29,012 bases of DNA from a virus (Duplodnaviria; Caudoviricetes). The translations under genes and the position numbers were made by a program. A model generated the notes under the pieces. The model made no database searches. It saw nothing but the letters and a program-made list of their open reading frames with translations, and was not told where the DNA came from. Every line of letters begins with the position of its first letter. The first letter of the stretch is position 1. The stretch lies in the IMG/VR virus record IMGVR_UViG_3300005512_000237, positions 1 to 29,012 of that record. One strand, written 5' to 3'. Positions 1 through 7,407 of the stretch are shown piece by piece.

Positions 1-54
1 TATGATAACAAAGTATATTAATTAAGTAAGATGAGTTGAAAGAGAGGACTTCAA

Positions 55-321
55 ATGACAGACAAAACAGTTTTTATCGGTGCGAACAACGGTGGACTTG
101 AGATTTTCTTGGGTGCCGGAAACTTGGTTGCTGGAAATATCCAAACTGCAAAGACTTTCAAATATGTGATGGATACCTACGGTATCGACATCGACAACGA
201 CACAATCTACACCACCAGCAGCATGGACTTTGCTACTGAGTATGGTTTTGAAGATGATGACGATGCTCGGGTTCTGATGGAAGAAGGTTTCAAATTAATC
301 GAAATGACAAAGACTTACTAA
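55..321 (+). CDS. hypothetical early phage protein
   Basis: 88-aa ORF with SD GAGAGG upstream; follows a truncated promoter at the window start. Confidence 0.8.
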   Translation: MTDKTVFIGANNGGLEIFLGAGNLVAGNIQTAKTFKYVMDTYGIDIDNDTIYTTSSMDFATEYGFEDDDDARVLMEEGFKLIEMTKTY

Positions 322-327
322 GGGAGA

Positions 328-678
328 ATGATGATGACTATGACAGTTGGTGTTTTCAAAAATCGTTACATGAAAGATCGTATTGCGTTTCGTGATTTGA
401 AACGAGAACCTTTTGAATCTTTAGAAGCTTTAGAAGATGCTGTAGTTGAAAATGAACTTGATATGTTTGAACTAAAAGATGCCTTACGGAAAGTTCTTTT
501 GAAACTAACCCCTCGTGAAGAACGCATTGTTCGTGAAGTGATTTTTAATGAAAAGACTTTTAACGAAATTGGTATAGACATGAGGGTTTCTGGTGGCCGC
601 ATTGGACAGATATTTGCAAAGGCACTATGGAAAATGCAAAAATCAAAAATAAAAGAACTTTTGGAGGATTTTGCCTAA
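328..678 (+). CDS. sigma70 region-4-like HTH protein (no region 2)
   Basis: C-terminal LTPREERIV...KTFNEIG..MRVSGGRIGQIFAKALWKM resembles sigma region 4 (LxxRExxV...TLxEIGxxxxVTRERVRQIExKALxKL); only 116 aa. Confidence 0.75.
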   Translation: MMMTMTVGVFKNRYMKDRIAFRDLKREPFESLEALEDAVVENELDMFELKDALRKVLLKLTPREERIVREVIFNEKTFNEIGIDMRVSGGRIGQIFAKALWKMQKSKIKELLEDFA

Positions 679-685
679 AAAGTTC

Positions 686-714
686 TTGACAAAGATGTTC
701 TGATAACATATAAT
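686..714 (+). promoter_or_regulatory. sigma70-type early promoter with TGTT-N5-AACA box
   Basis: TTGACA 686-691, 17-nt spacer, TATAAT 709-714; box at 696-708. Confidence 0.9.
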
Positions 715-744
715 GAATATAGAAAGTGAGAAAAGAGGTAAATT

Positions 745-984
745 ATGAATAAGAGTATTGAAACAATTGTTGGAAACTTGACTGATTTCCTTGTGTATGT
801 AGAGAGCTTCTACGGTAACGTGCCTGATGCAGTCTATCCTATTGGTGCTACACCAGAGATGATTCTTGAGGCAACAGCAGATTGTTGGAAAAAGTTTGGT
901 ATTGAGAACTTCTGTGGTGACAGTGTTGACAGAGAACGAGTTCGTGATATTATGATTGAGAAGTTTGGATTGGAGTGGAAATAA
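745..984 (+). CDS. hypothetical early protein
   Basis: ORF with SD AGAGGT, downstream of a consensus promoter. Confidence 0.8.
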   Translation: MNKSIETIVGNLTDFLVYVESFYGNVPDAVYPIGATPEMILEATADCWKKFGIENFCGDSVDRERVRDIMIEKFGLEWK

Positions 985-1310
985 TGGGATTGTTAGTAGA
1001 CGTATATAAGAACGGCAAGTATGATTGCACAAATGGTGGTGTTTCTGCTCGGAACATCAAAGGACTTTGTTTGACAAATGTGGATGGGCCTTTCGATCCA
1101 TCTGATGATTACCCTGCTGCAAAATTGGTAAAACAGACTTTCGGTTTCGGTTCTTCTGTAAAGGTTATTCCAGAGGAAGCAGAGGGTAAACAGACTATGA
1201 TGGGTGGCAACTATGCCGCAACATCTGATTCACGGTTTAGTGATAAAATTGAAGAGATGTTAGGTGTTCACTTTTATGGTGCCGTTCCTATCCATGATCG
1301 TGTGGAATAA
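984..1310 (+). CDS. hypothetical early protein
   Basis: ORF; start moved to the TAATG overlap at 984 (MGLLVDVYK), SD GGAG upstream. Confidence 0.8.
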   Translation: MGLLVDVYKNGKYDCTNGGVSARNIKGLCLTNVDGPFDPSDDYPAAKLVKQTFGFGSSVKVIPEEAEGKQTMMGGNYAATSDSRFSDKIEEMLGVHFYGAVPIHDRVE

Positions 1311-1324
1311 ATGCCAAAAAGTGC

Positions 1325-1353
1325 TTGACATTGTTGTTATGATAACATATAAT
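1325..1353 (+). promoter_or_regulatory. sigma70-type early promoter with TGTT-N5-AACA box
   Basis: TTGACA 1325-1330, 17 nt, TATAAT 1348-1353; box at 1335-1347. Confidence 0.9.
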
Positions 1354-1382
1354 GTAAGTATAGTGAGAAATGAGGTGAAATT

Positions 1383-1925
1383 ATGAATGACTTAGTAAAA
1401 CATATCGAGGCAATCAATGCCAAAACCCAAGAATGGATTGATGCAAATCCAGGCAGTTGGGCTGGTATGGTTACTACCGATTTAGAACACTGGAAAGAGT
1501 ATGGTATTACTACTCCTGCCCAGTATGATCGTTATATGCTGGAAATGTCTGTGTATGAAACACACAAGGATGCATATGGTGTGAAAGGTCGTCATTATGA
1601 CTTTGACAACATGACTGATGAAGAACTCAAAGATGAGTATGAACATCTCTGCAAAGTCGCTAATGAAGAGTATGAGAGGGAACAGAAGTTCTATGCTGAA
1701 CAAGTAGAAGAGTTCAAAGAACTTGTTCAGAAAACTATCGACTTGGGTGCTGGTGATGAAGAAACCGCATTGCGTTGGTTGACTGCTGGACAAGAGTTCT
1801 ACCACATACAAGATGTGGAAGGTTGGGTTTATGACTACAATATTCTGTTTACAGATTATGGTAGGGAACTTGTGAAGAAGTTGGAAAATATTGTAACTTA
1901 TAAAGAATGGTTGGAGGCCGCTTAA
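1383..1925 (+). CDS. hypothetical early protein
   Basis: 180-aa acidic ORF, SD GAGGTG. Confidence 0.85.
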   Translation: MNDLVKHIEAINAKTQEWIDANPGSWAGMVTTDLEHWKEYGITTPAQYDRYMLEMSVYETHKDAYGVKGRHYDFDNMTDEELKDEYEHLCKVANEEYEREQKFYAEQVEEFKELVQKTIDLGAGDEETALRWLTAGQEFYHIQDVEGWVYDYNILFTDYGRELVKKLENIVTYKEWLEAA

Positions 1926-1926
1926 G

Positions 1927-2121
1927 ATGAATGATGTGATTCGTGATATTGAGGTTCTTGAGAATCTTGTGATTGCAATGAACGAGGGTGCTTCTGATGA
2001 GAAGTATGCTGCTCTGTGGGCAGTAGAGAAACTTCTCATTGAGAAGAAGGACATAGTTCGTAAATTTGAATATGAAATGGAAAAGGAGATGGCAAATGAT
2101 ACGCAAGAAATTGCCGCCTAG
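1927..2121 (+). CDS. hypothetical protein
   Basis: 64-aa ORF, SD GGAGG. Confidence 0.75.
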   Translation: MNDVIRDIEVLENLVIAMNEGASDEKYAALWAVEKLLIEKKDIVRKFEYEMEKEMANDTQEIAA

Positions 2122-2311
2122 TGAGATTGTCATCGACTTAACTGGCCCAGAGGGAAATGCTTTTTCCCTAATGGCTCGTGCAACTAGTTTTGCGAAACAG
2201 TTAGGTTTCGATGGCGCCAGTATCGTTGAAGAAATGACAAGTGGTGATTATGAAAACCTTGTCTCAGTGTTTGATAAATACTTTGGCGACTACGTTATCT
2301 TGGAGAGGTAG
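2096..2311 (+). CDS. hypothetical phage protein (DLTGPEGNAF motif)
   Basis: start moved to ATG 2096 after SD AAGGAG. Confidence 0.75.
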   Translation: MIRKKLPPSEIVIDLTGPEGNAFSLMARATSFAKQLGFDGASIVEEMTSGDYENLVSVFDKYFGDYVILER

Positions 2312-2315
2312 AAAA

Positions 2316-2519
2316 ATGACAGGAATCGAACACGCAGTATTGGCAACATCTTTTCTTGCGGCATTCTTTTATGTCGGCAAGTGGATGGGCAAAAAAGAAA
2401 AAGTTGAGGATATTATTGAGCATACTTTGAATATGCTTGAAAAAGGAAACTTTGTCAAAGTAAAAACTTGTGAAAAAAGTGGAGAAAAAGAACTAATACC
2501 ACTTGACAAAGTTATCTAG
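2316..2519 (+). CDS. small membrane protein
   Basis: start moved to ATG 2316 after SD GAGG; N-terminal hydrophobic helix. Confidence 0.7.
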   Translation: MTGIEHAVLATSFLAAFFYVGKWMGKKEKVEDIIEHTLNMLEKGNFVKVKTCEKSGEKELIPLDKVI

Positions 2520-2531
2520 AAGTGGTAATAT
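2503..2531 (+). promoter_or_regulatory. sigma70-type promoter
   Basis: TTGACA 2503-2508, 17 nt, TG-extended TAATAT 2526-2531. Confidence 0.75.
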
Positions 2532-2572
2532 ATAAAGTAATGTGAGTGATTCGGAGAAAGGTTTGTTATGAA

Positions 2573-2719
2573 ATGATTTATGAAACTCTAGAAGAAGCGG
2601 TTACGGCCGCAAAAGAATTGTGTGAAGTGATGGAAACATATGTGAAAATCACTAAAGGACTAAAGGGTGGTTACGAACTCTTTGGAACTGGTGAATTTGT
2701 AATGGAAGTAACGGAGTAA
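2573..2719 (+). CDS. small hypothetical protein, 48 aa (not in ORF track)
   Basis: MIYETLEEAVTAAKELCEVMETYVKITKGLKGGYELFGTGEFVMEVTE fills the gap between the promoter and the next gene. Confidence 0.7.
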   Translation: MIYETLEEAVTAAKELCEVMETYVKITKGLKGGYELFGTGEFVMEVTE

Positions 2720-2722
2720 AAA

Positions 2723-3136
2723 ATGAAAAAAATTCTGATAGCAATGGCGATGGTTGGTGGTGCATTTGTTGCTGGTTCTGCCTTTGCCGAGACTGTTCAA
2801 GATTTTAACAAGACAGTTGTGAACAGAGTTCCCTATAATGTTGAAGTCTGTACCAATCAATCAGTTGGTGGTGACAGAACTGGTGACACATTAAAGGGTG
2901 CAATTATCGGTGGTATCATTGGTAACAATGTAACTAAGAATGTAGACAATGGCGGTGCTGTTGGTGCATTACTTGGTGGTATTATTGGACACAATAATTC
3001 TAATGCCACTGGTGGAGTACAACGAGTGTGTAATATTCAAACTCGTTATAATGAGGAAGTCGTAGAGGTATACTCTCACAGTGTGGTAACTTTTTATCAT
3101 AATGGTAGACAGTATTCTCTTAGATTTCAAAAGTAA
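2723..3136 (+). CDS. exported glycine-zipper protein
   Basis: signal peptide ending AFA; GAIIGGIIG...GAVGALLGGIIG glycine zipper. Confidence 0.8.
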   Translation: MKKILIAMAMVGGAFVAGSAFAETVQDFNKTVVNRVPYNVEVCTNQSVGGDRTGDTLKGAIIGGIIGNNVTKNVDNGGAVGALLGGIIGHNNSNATGGVQRVCNIQTRYNEEVVEVYSHSVVTFYHNGRQYSLRFQK

Positions 3137-3150
3137 CTAGTTGAGTGAAT

Positions 3151-3228
3151 CTGCCCTTAGCTCAGCTGGATTAGAGCAACGGCCTTCTAAGCCGTGGGTC
3201 GGGAGTTCGAGTCTCTCAGGGCAGGCCA
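3151..3228 (+). tRNA. tRNA-Arg (TCT)
   Basis: acceptor CTGCCCT/AGGGCAG, anticodon arm ACGGC-CTTCTAA-GCCGT, GTTCGA T-loop, encoded CCA. Confidence 0.95.
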
Positions 3229-3246
3229 ACTAACTATGAGGATATA

Positions 3247-3498
3247 ATGTATAATAAAAGAAAGAACTTTAAGAAAGAAGAAACACCACAAGGCATGACA
3301 GTTACAGTTCGTAACGGTGATGTAAATGGTGCAATTCGTGTCTTAAAAAAGAAACTTATCAAGGACGGTTTGTTTCAAGAAATACGAGAAAGATCTTTCT
3401 ACGAAAGTAGAGGAACAAAACGCAGAAAGGCAAAGGCCGCTGCAACTCGTAGATATAAACGAAAAATGCAAAAACGATTTGAAGAACTTGGTTACTAA
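3247..3498 (+). CDS. rpsU: phage-encoded 30S ribosomal protein bS21
   Basis: VTVRNGDVNGAIRVLKKK...GLFQEIRERSFYE...KRRKAKAAATRR matches the bS21 pattern; highly basic. Confidence 0.88.
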   Translation: MYNKRKNFKKEETPQGMTVTVRNGDVNGAIRVLKKKLIKDGLFQEIRERSFYESRGTKRRKAKAAATRRYKRKMQKRFEELGY

Positions 3499-3514
3499 CT
3501 AATATAGGTGATTT

Positions 3515-4051
3515 ATGGCACGGCGTGCTAAGGTTGAGAGTGACTCAACTATTTTAAAGAAAAAAAGATTTCGTAAACCGATGTCGCCGGAGCAGAAAGC
3601 TGCAGCCTCTGAACGACTTGCGAAAGCTCGTGAAAAAAGATTAAAAGAAAATCCACCAGAATATAAATCTATACACCCATCTGTTTTAGAAAAGGGTGAT
3701 GATTATTACTTATCACACAAAAAAGTGAAACAATGGATCAAAACACAAAAAGAACTTTTGTCTATTGCAAAGAGTGATATTCGGAGAAATGTAAGGGGTG
3801 CAGAAGCAAGAAAAGCCTCTCACGAAGGTTACATTCGTAGTATGGAAACCTACCTTAGAACTGGGACTTGGTTAGATTTATTTTATGGTGAACACCAACA
3901 AAGTAAAATTAAGTTTAAATGCCTCGTTATGGCCTATCATCCAGACGGAACACCAAAAAGAAGTGTTGGTGTCTGGTATCCAGATATTGGTTGTGAATGG
4001 ACTAGAGAAATGGAAGAGGAAGATGGCTATGACAGTAGAAGAAAAAGGTAA
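3515..4051 (+). CDS. hypothetical basic protein
   Basis: 178-aa ORF, SD AGGTG. Confidence 0.8.
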   Translation: MARRAKVESDSTILKKKRFRKPMSPEQKAAASERLAKAREKRLKENPPEYKSIHPSVLEKGDDYYLSHKKVKQWIKTQKELLSIAKSDIRRNVRGAEARKASHEGYIRSMETYLRTGTWLDLFYGEHQQSKIKFKCLVMAYHPDGTPKRSVGVWYPDIGCEWTREMEEEDGYDSRRKR

Positions 4052-4415
4052 AATCATTCAATTTCCAAGTAAAATGACTGCAAATAGTAATGTAAAGATC
4101 GACAATGTAGCTCTTACAATGCACGATGACTTAAAGTTTGCAGAACATCTAACTGAAGGACTTGTTGTCAATTTAATTCATAATCTTGGAGAGAATGGTA
4201 TTGATACCTCTGATCCAGAATTCATTCGTGATGTCGGATTTACGATTGAATTAGTAAAGTCTCTAATCTATAGAGGTATGGGATTAAAACATCCTATGCA
4301 AGAACTTGTAAAGATGTTTGTGACTACTGATGAGGATGATAAAGATGGTTTATACACCACATTTGATATAGATGCTCTTAGTGAATTTGTGGGTATGAAT
4401 GAAAATGAAGAATAA
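4029..4415 (+). CDS. hypothetical acidic protein
   Basis: start moved to MTVEEKGKIIQFP after SD GAGG; ATG 4023 also possible. Confidence 0.75.
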   Translation: MTVEEKGKIIQFPSKMTANSNVKIDNVALTMHDDLKFAEHLTEGLVVNLIHNLGENGIDTSDPEFIRDVGFTIELVKSLIYRGMGLKHPMQELVKMFVTTDEDDKDGLYTTFDIDALSEFVGMNENEE

Positions 4416-4416
4416 C

Positions 4417-4492
4417 GCTGGTTTAGCTCAGTTGGTAGAGCAGGGGTTTTGTAAACCTCAGGCCGGGAGTTCAAGTCTCTCAACCAGCACCA
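4417..4492 (+). tRNA. tRNA-Thr (TGT)
   Basis: GCTGGTT/AACCAGC acceptor, anticodon loop TTTGTAA, GTTCAA T-loop, CCA. Confidence 0.95.
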
Positions 4493-4493
4493 T

Positions 4494-4567
4494 GCGGGCA
4501 TCGTATAATGGTATTACCTCAGATTTCCAATCTGATGACAGGAGTTCGATTCTCCTTGCCCGCTCCA
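4494..4567 (+). tRNA. tRNA-Gly (TCC)
   Basis: GCGGGCA/TGCCCGC acceptor, TCAGA-TTTCCAA-TCTGA anticodon arm, CCA. Confidence 0.95.
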
Positions 4568-4574
4568 AAATCTA

Positions 4575-4603
4575 TTGACATTCATTCTGTTTTAGGATAA
4601 TAT
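4575..4603 (+). promoter_or_regulatory. sigma70-type promoter for rnh
   Basis: TTGACA 4575-4580, 17 nt, TAATAT 4598-4603. Confidence 0.7.
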
Positions 4604-4631
4604 ATAATACTATGAAAAAAGGTGATAAACT

Positions 4632-5492
4632 ATGATTTTAGTGGACATGAACCAAGTCACCATCAGTAATCTTATGATGCAGATTGGTTCTAAACGACAA
4701 AACGATGTTGATGAGAATCTAGTTCGCCATATGGTTTTAAACTCTATTAGAATGTATCGTTCTAGGTTTATTGAAGAATATGGTGAGTTGGTTCTTTGTT
4801 ATGACAGCAAGAAATATTGGAGAAGGGAATACTTCCCCAACTACAAATCCAACCGTAAGAAGGATAGAGAAAACTCTGGCCTTGATTGGAATCTAATCTT
4901 TGAAACTCTAAACAATATTCGTGATGAGATTAAAGACAACTTTCCTTATAAAGTATTAGAAGTCGAAGGTGCAGAAGCAGACGATTGTATTGCTGCTGTA
5001 GTTGAATATGTTTCAACAACACCATCTGCATTTGAGAATGTTCTTATCTTGTCTGGTGACAAGGATTTTATTCAGTTGCAAAAACACAACTTTGTAAAAC
5101 AATATTCACCAGTTCTCAAGAAGTTTGTGAACGGGCAAGACCCTCACCTATATATTAGGGAACACATATTGAAAGGTGATAGAAGTGATGGAGTTCCAAA
5201 CTTCTTATCATCTGACAATACATTTGTAGATGAGTTGCGTCAGAAACCACTGACAAAGAAAAAACTGGCTACATGGATTGACCTTGAACCAGCAGATTTT
5301 TGCACAGAGGAGATGATGAGAAATTATCAACGCAACAGAACATTGATTGATTTGGATTATATTCCAAGTGACTTGAAGGGTAAGATTCTTGAAGAATACG
5401 AGAAACCCCCAAAAGGTGAAAGATCAAAACTACTAAATTATTTTATACAAAAGAGATTGAAAAATCTTATGGATGACATTGGAGACTTTTAA
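4632..5492 (+). CDS. rnh: T4-type RNase H / 5'-3' exonuclease
   Basis: ILVD, YWRR..FPNYKSNR, EADD, SGDKDFIQL, GDRSDGVPN motifs. Confidence 0.92.
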   Translation: MILVDMNQVTISNLMMQIGSKRQNDVDENLVRHMVLNSIRMYRSRFIEEYGELVLCYDSKKYWRREYFPNYKSNRKKDRENSGLDWNLIFETLNNIRDEIKDNFPYKVLEVEGAEADDCIAAVVEYVSTTPSAFENVLILSGDKDFIQLQKHNFVKQYSPVLKKFVNGQDPHLYIREHILKGDRSDGVPNFLSSDNTFVDELRQKPLTKKKLATWIDLEPADFCTEEMMRNYQRNRTLIDLDYIPSDLKGKILEEYEKPPKGERSKLLNYFIQKRLKNLMDDIGDF

Positions 5493-5493
5493 T

Positions 5494-5946
5494 ATGGTAC
5501 AAGACACATATACACCTCTACTTTCTGAGGTTCTAAAGAAAGTGCATAATGCAAAAACTAAGGATAAGAAGGTTGAGCTTCTAAAACAATATGATTGCGA
5601 ACCGCTTCGTATGGTTTTGAAATCATCTTTCGACCCCAACATTGAGTGGGAAATTCCAGAAGGGGAAGTTCCATTCCGAGCAAATCAGGCAGAGGAAGGA
5701 ACAGAACATACTGTGCTTCGTAAAGAGGCAAGGAAACTTTATCGTTTCATCAAAGGTGGTGATGATACAATTCCTAGATTCAAAAAAGAAAACCTATTTA
5801 TTCAACTGCTAGAGGGCTTGCATAAATCTGAAGCTCAACTAGTAATTGATGCGAAAGACAAGAAACTGCATCAAGTCTATAAAGGATTGTCTGATAATGT
5901 GGTTAAAGAAGCGTTCGGTTGGACGGACAATTATACAAGGAGTTAA
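5494..5946 (+). CDS. conserved hypothetical protein of T4-like phages
   Basis: ORF after rnh with FIQLLEGLHKSEA motif; start moved to 5494 after GGAG. Confidence 0.75.
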   Translation: MVQDTYTPLLSEVLKKVHNAKTKDKKVELLKQYDCEPLRMVLKSSFDPNIEWEIPEGEVPFRANQAEEGTEHTVLRKEARKLYRFIKGGDDTIPRFKKENLFIQLLEGLHKSEAQLVIDAKDKKLHQVYKGLSDNVVKEAFGWTDNYTRS

Positions 5947-5952
5947 ACTTAT

Positions 5953-6486
5953 ATGAAAGACAACTACAATCACTGTTTAGAAATGATTCTGCATCACGAA
6001 GGCGGTTATGTAAATCACCCTAAAGACCCTGGCGGCGAAACCAATATGGGAGTAACTAAAAGAGTTTATGAGTCATGGTGTATGGAAAACGATCTTACTC
6101 AGAAGGACATGAAAGAACTAGAGTTTGATGATGTCGCACCAATATATAGAAAAAATTATTGGGATAGAGTTAAGGGCGATGAACTACCAGCTGGTTTGGA
6201 TCTTTGTGTGTTCGATTTTGGTGTTAATGCCGGCACTGGTAGAGCTGCTAAATATCTTCAGAATATGGTAGGTGCAACTGCTGATGGCGCAATTGGCCCT
6301 GCGACACTTAGAGCGGTAAATGCATATATTCAAGTAGAAGGACTTGCTGCAGCGATTGATACATATCAATCAAATCGTCAAGGATACTACGAATCACTTA
6401 AAACCTTTGAAACCTTTGGTAGAGGTTGGACTCGTAGAAATACAGAAACGACATCTTCTGCACAAAAACTTGCAAAAAACTCTTGA
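5953..6486 (+). CDS. GH108 lysozyme with peptidoglycan-binding C-terminal domain (endolysin)
   Basis: HEGGYVNHPKDPGGETNMGVT, DFGVNAG, DGAIGPAT, FGRGWTRR. Confidence 0.92.
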   Translation: MKDNYNHCLEMILHHEGGYVNHPKDPGGETNMGVTKRVYESWCMENDLTQKDMKELEFDDVAPIYRKNYWDRVKGDELPAGLDLCVFDFGVNAGTGRAAKYLQNMVGATADGAIGPATLRAVNAYIQVEGLAAAIDTYQSNRQGYYESLKTFETFGRGWTRRNTETTSSAQKLAKNS

Positions 6487-6511
6487 CTTTATAGTAACTT
6501 AGTATTACTAT
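6483..6511 (+). promoter_or_regulatory. sigma70-type promoter driving a non-coding transcript
   Basis: TTGACT 6483-6488, 17 nt, TACTAT 6506-6511; no SD-bearing ORF before the terminator at 6584. Confidence 0.7.
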
Positions 6512-6516
6512 AAAAG

Positions 6517-6609
6517 AATGGTTGGGGGTATATACCTCTCTTTCTCTCATTACTCACTTATACCCCCAACCACTCTTTAAAAAGCCCTTGATTTTCAAGG
6601 GCTTTTTTT
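6517..6609 (+). ncRNA. putative small RNA: 14-bp stem displaying a 26-nt pyrimidine-rich anti-RBS loop
   Basis: TGGTTGGGGGTATA 6519-6532 pairs perfectly with TATACCCCCAACCA 6559-6572; own promoter and terminator. Confidence 0.65.
6579..6609. terminator. bidirectional intrinsic terminator
   Basis: AAAAA-GCCCTTGA-TTT-TCAAGGGC-TTTTTTT. Confidence 0.9.
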
Positions 6610-6621
6610 AGCAAAAAGTGC

Positions 6622-6650
6622 TTGACTTTGTTCTAATAACATAGTAGCAT
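6622..6650 (+). promoter_or_regulatory. sigma70-type early promoter with TGTT-N5-AACA box
   Basis: TTGACT 6622-6627, 17 nt, TAGCAT 6645-6650; box at 6629-6641. Confidence 0.75.
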
Positions 6651-6679
6651 ATACTTGTAATGATGAGAAAGAGGTTTTT

Positions 6680-7093
6680 ATGAACATTGTTGAAGTCACT
6701 GGTGGGAACAAGTTTCAGAGAGCAATTGCTGAAAAGGTTGTCTATGAGATGATTCATGCACTTATGCCTCGTATGAGAACTCTAGAAATTGAAGTTCAAA
6801 TCAAAAAACTAACTGGTGATGCAGTTGGTTGGTGTATGATGGAAGACACCAATCGTGAGTTTACTATTGAGGTTTCAAAAGATCTTACTCTTAAAGATTT
6901 TGTCACTACCGTTTGCCATGAAATGGTTCATGTAAAACAGTATGCTCGAAAAGAAATTGACGGTTATGGTGAGAAGTGGAAGGGTAGAAAGATTACTCCC
7001 AAAACTGATTACTACGATTTGCCTTGGGAAAAGGAAGCTTATCGAATGCAAGACAAACTTGCTCAGTTAGTATGGGATGCTGATATTTTATGA
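6680..7093 (+). CDS. zincin-like (HExxH) metallopeptidase-domain protein
   Basis: TVCHEMVHVKQY plus downstream LPWEKEA. Confidence 0.75.
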   Translation: MNIVEVTGGNKFQRAIAEKVVYEMIHALMPRMRTLEIEVQIKKLTGDAVGWCMMEDTNREFTIEVSKDLTLKDFVTTVCHEMVHVKQYARKEIDGYGEKWKGRKITPKTDYYDLPWEKEAYRMQDKLAQLVWDADIL

Positions 7094-7350
7094 TTAATCA
7101 AGAAATAAGAAATAGAATTAAATTGTCAGTCGCTGCATATGCATATGAAATGGAAAATGATTCTATTATGAGTGATGCAGACTTTGATAGTCTTTGTAGA
7201 GAAATAAAGGTGAATGAGTCTACAGGCAATGAAAAGATGGATAATTTCTTCAAGACAGAATTCAATCCTTCTACTGGCCAGTGGATACACAAACATCCAG
7301 AATTAGATAAAATAAAAATAATTTACAACAAATATTACAAAAGTTCTTGA
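7090..7350 (+). CDS. standalone protein resembling NAD-dependent DNA ligase subdomain Ia
   Basis: AAYAYEMENDSIMSDADFDSL resembles LigA YY..D.P.ISDAEYD; 86 aa, no KxDG. Confidence 0.6.
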   Translation: MINQEIRNRIKLSVAAYAYEMENDSIMSDADFDSLCREIKVNESTGNEKMDNFFKTEFNPSTGQWIHKHPELDKIKIIYNKYYKSS

Positions 7351-7375
7351 CAATTAGCGAATCATTTGTTATCAT
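7347..7375 (+). promoter_or_regulatory. sigma70-type early promoter
   Basis: TTGACA 7347-7352, 17 nt, TG-extended TATCAT 7370-7375. Confidence 0.8.
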
Positions 7376-7407
7376 AACTAAGTAAGATGAGAAAAGAGGA
7401 AAAAACT

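Noticed and set aside
366-2860. Minus-strand ORFs in the early region (366-602, 643-1032, 1482-2054, 1849-2133, 2660-2860)
   Set aside because: Shadows of plus-strand genes that have promoters and SDs.
6519-6572. Hairpin read as a minus-strand early gene start or a simple terminator
   Set aside because: On the minus strand the SD-like tract is followed by TATACCCCC with no start codon; a 26-nt loop is atypical of terminators, and a proper terminator follows immediately.
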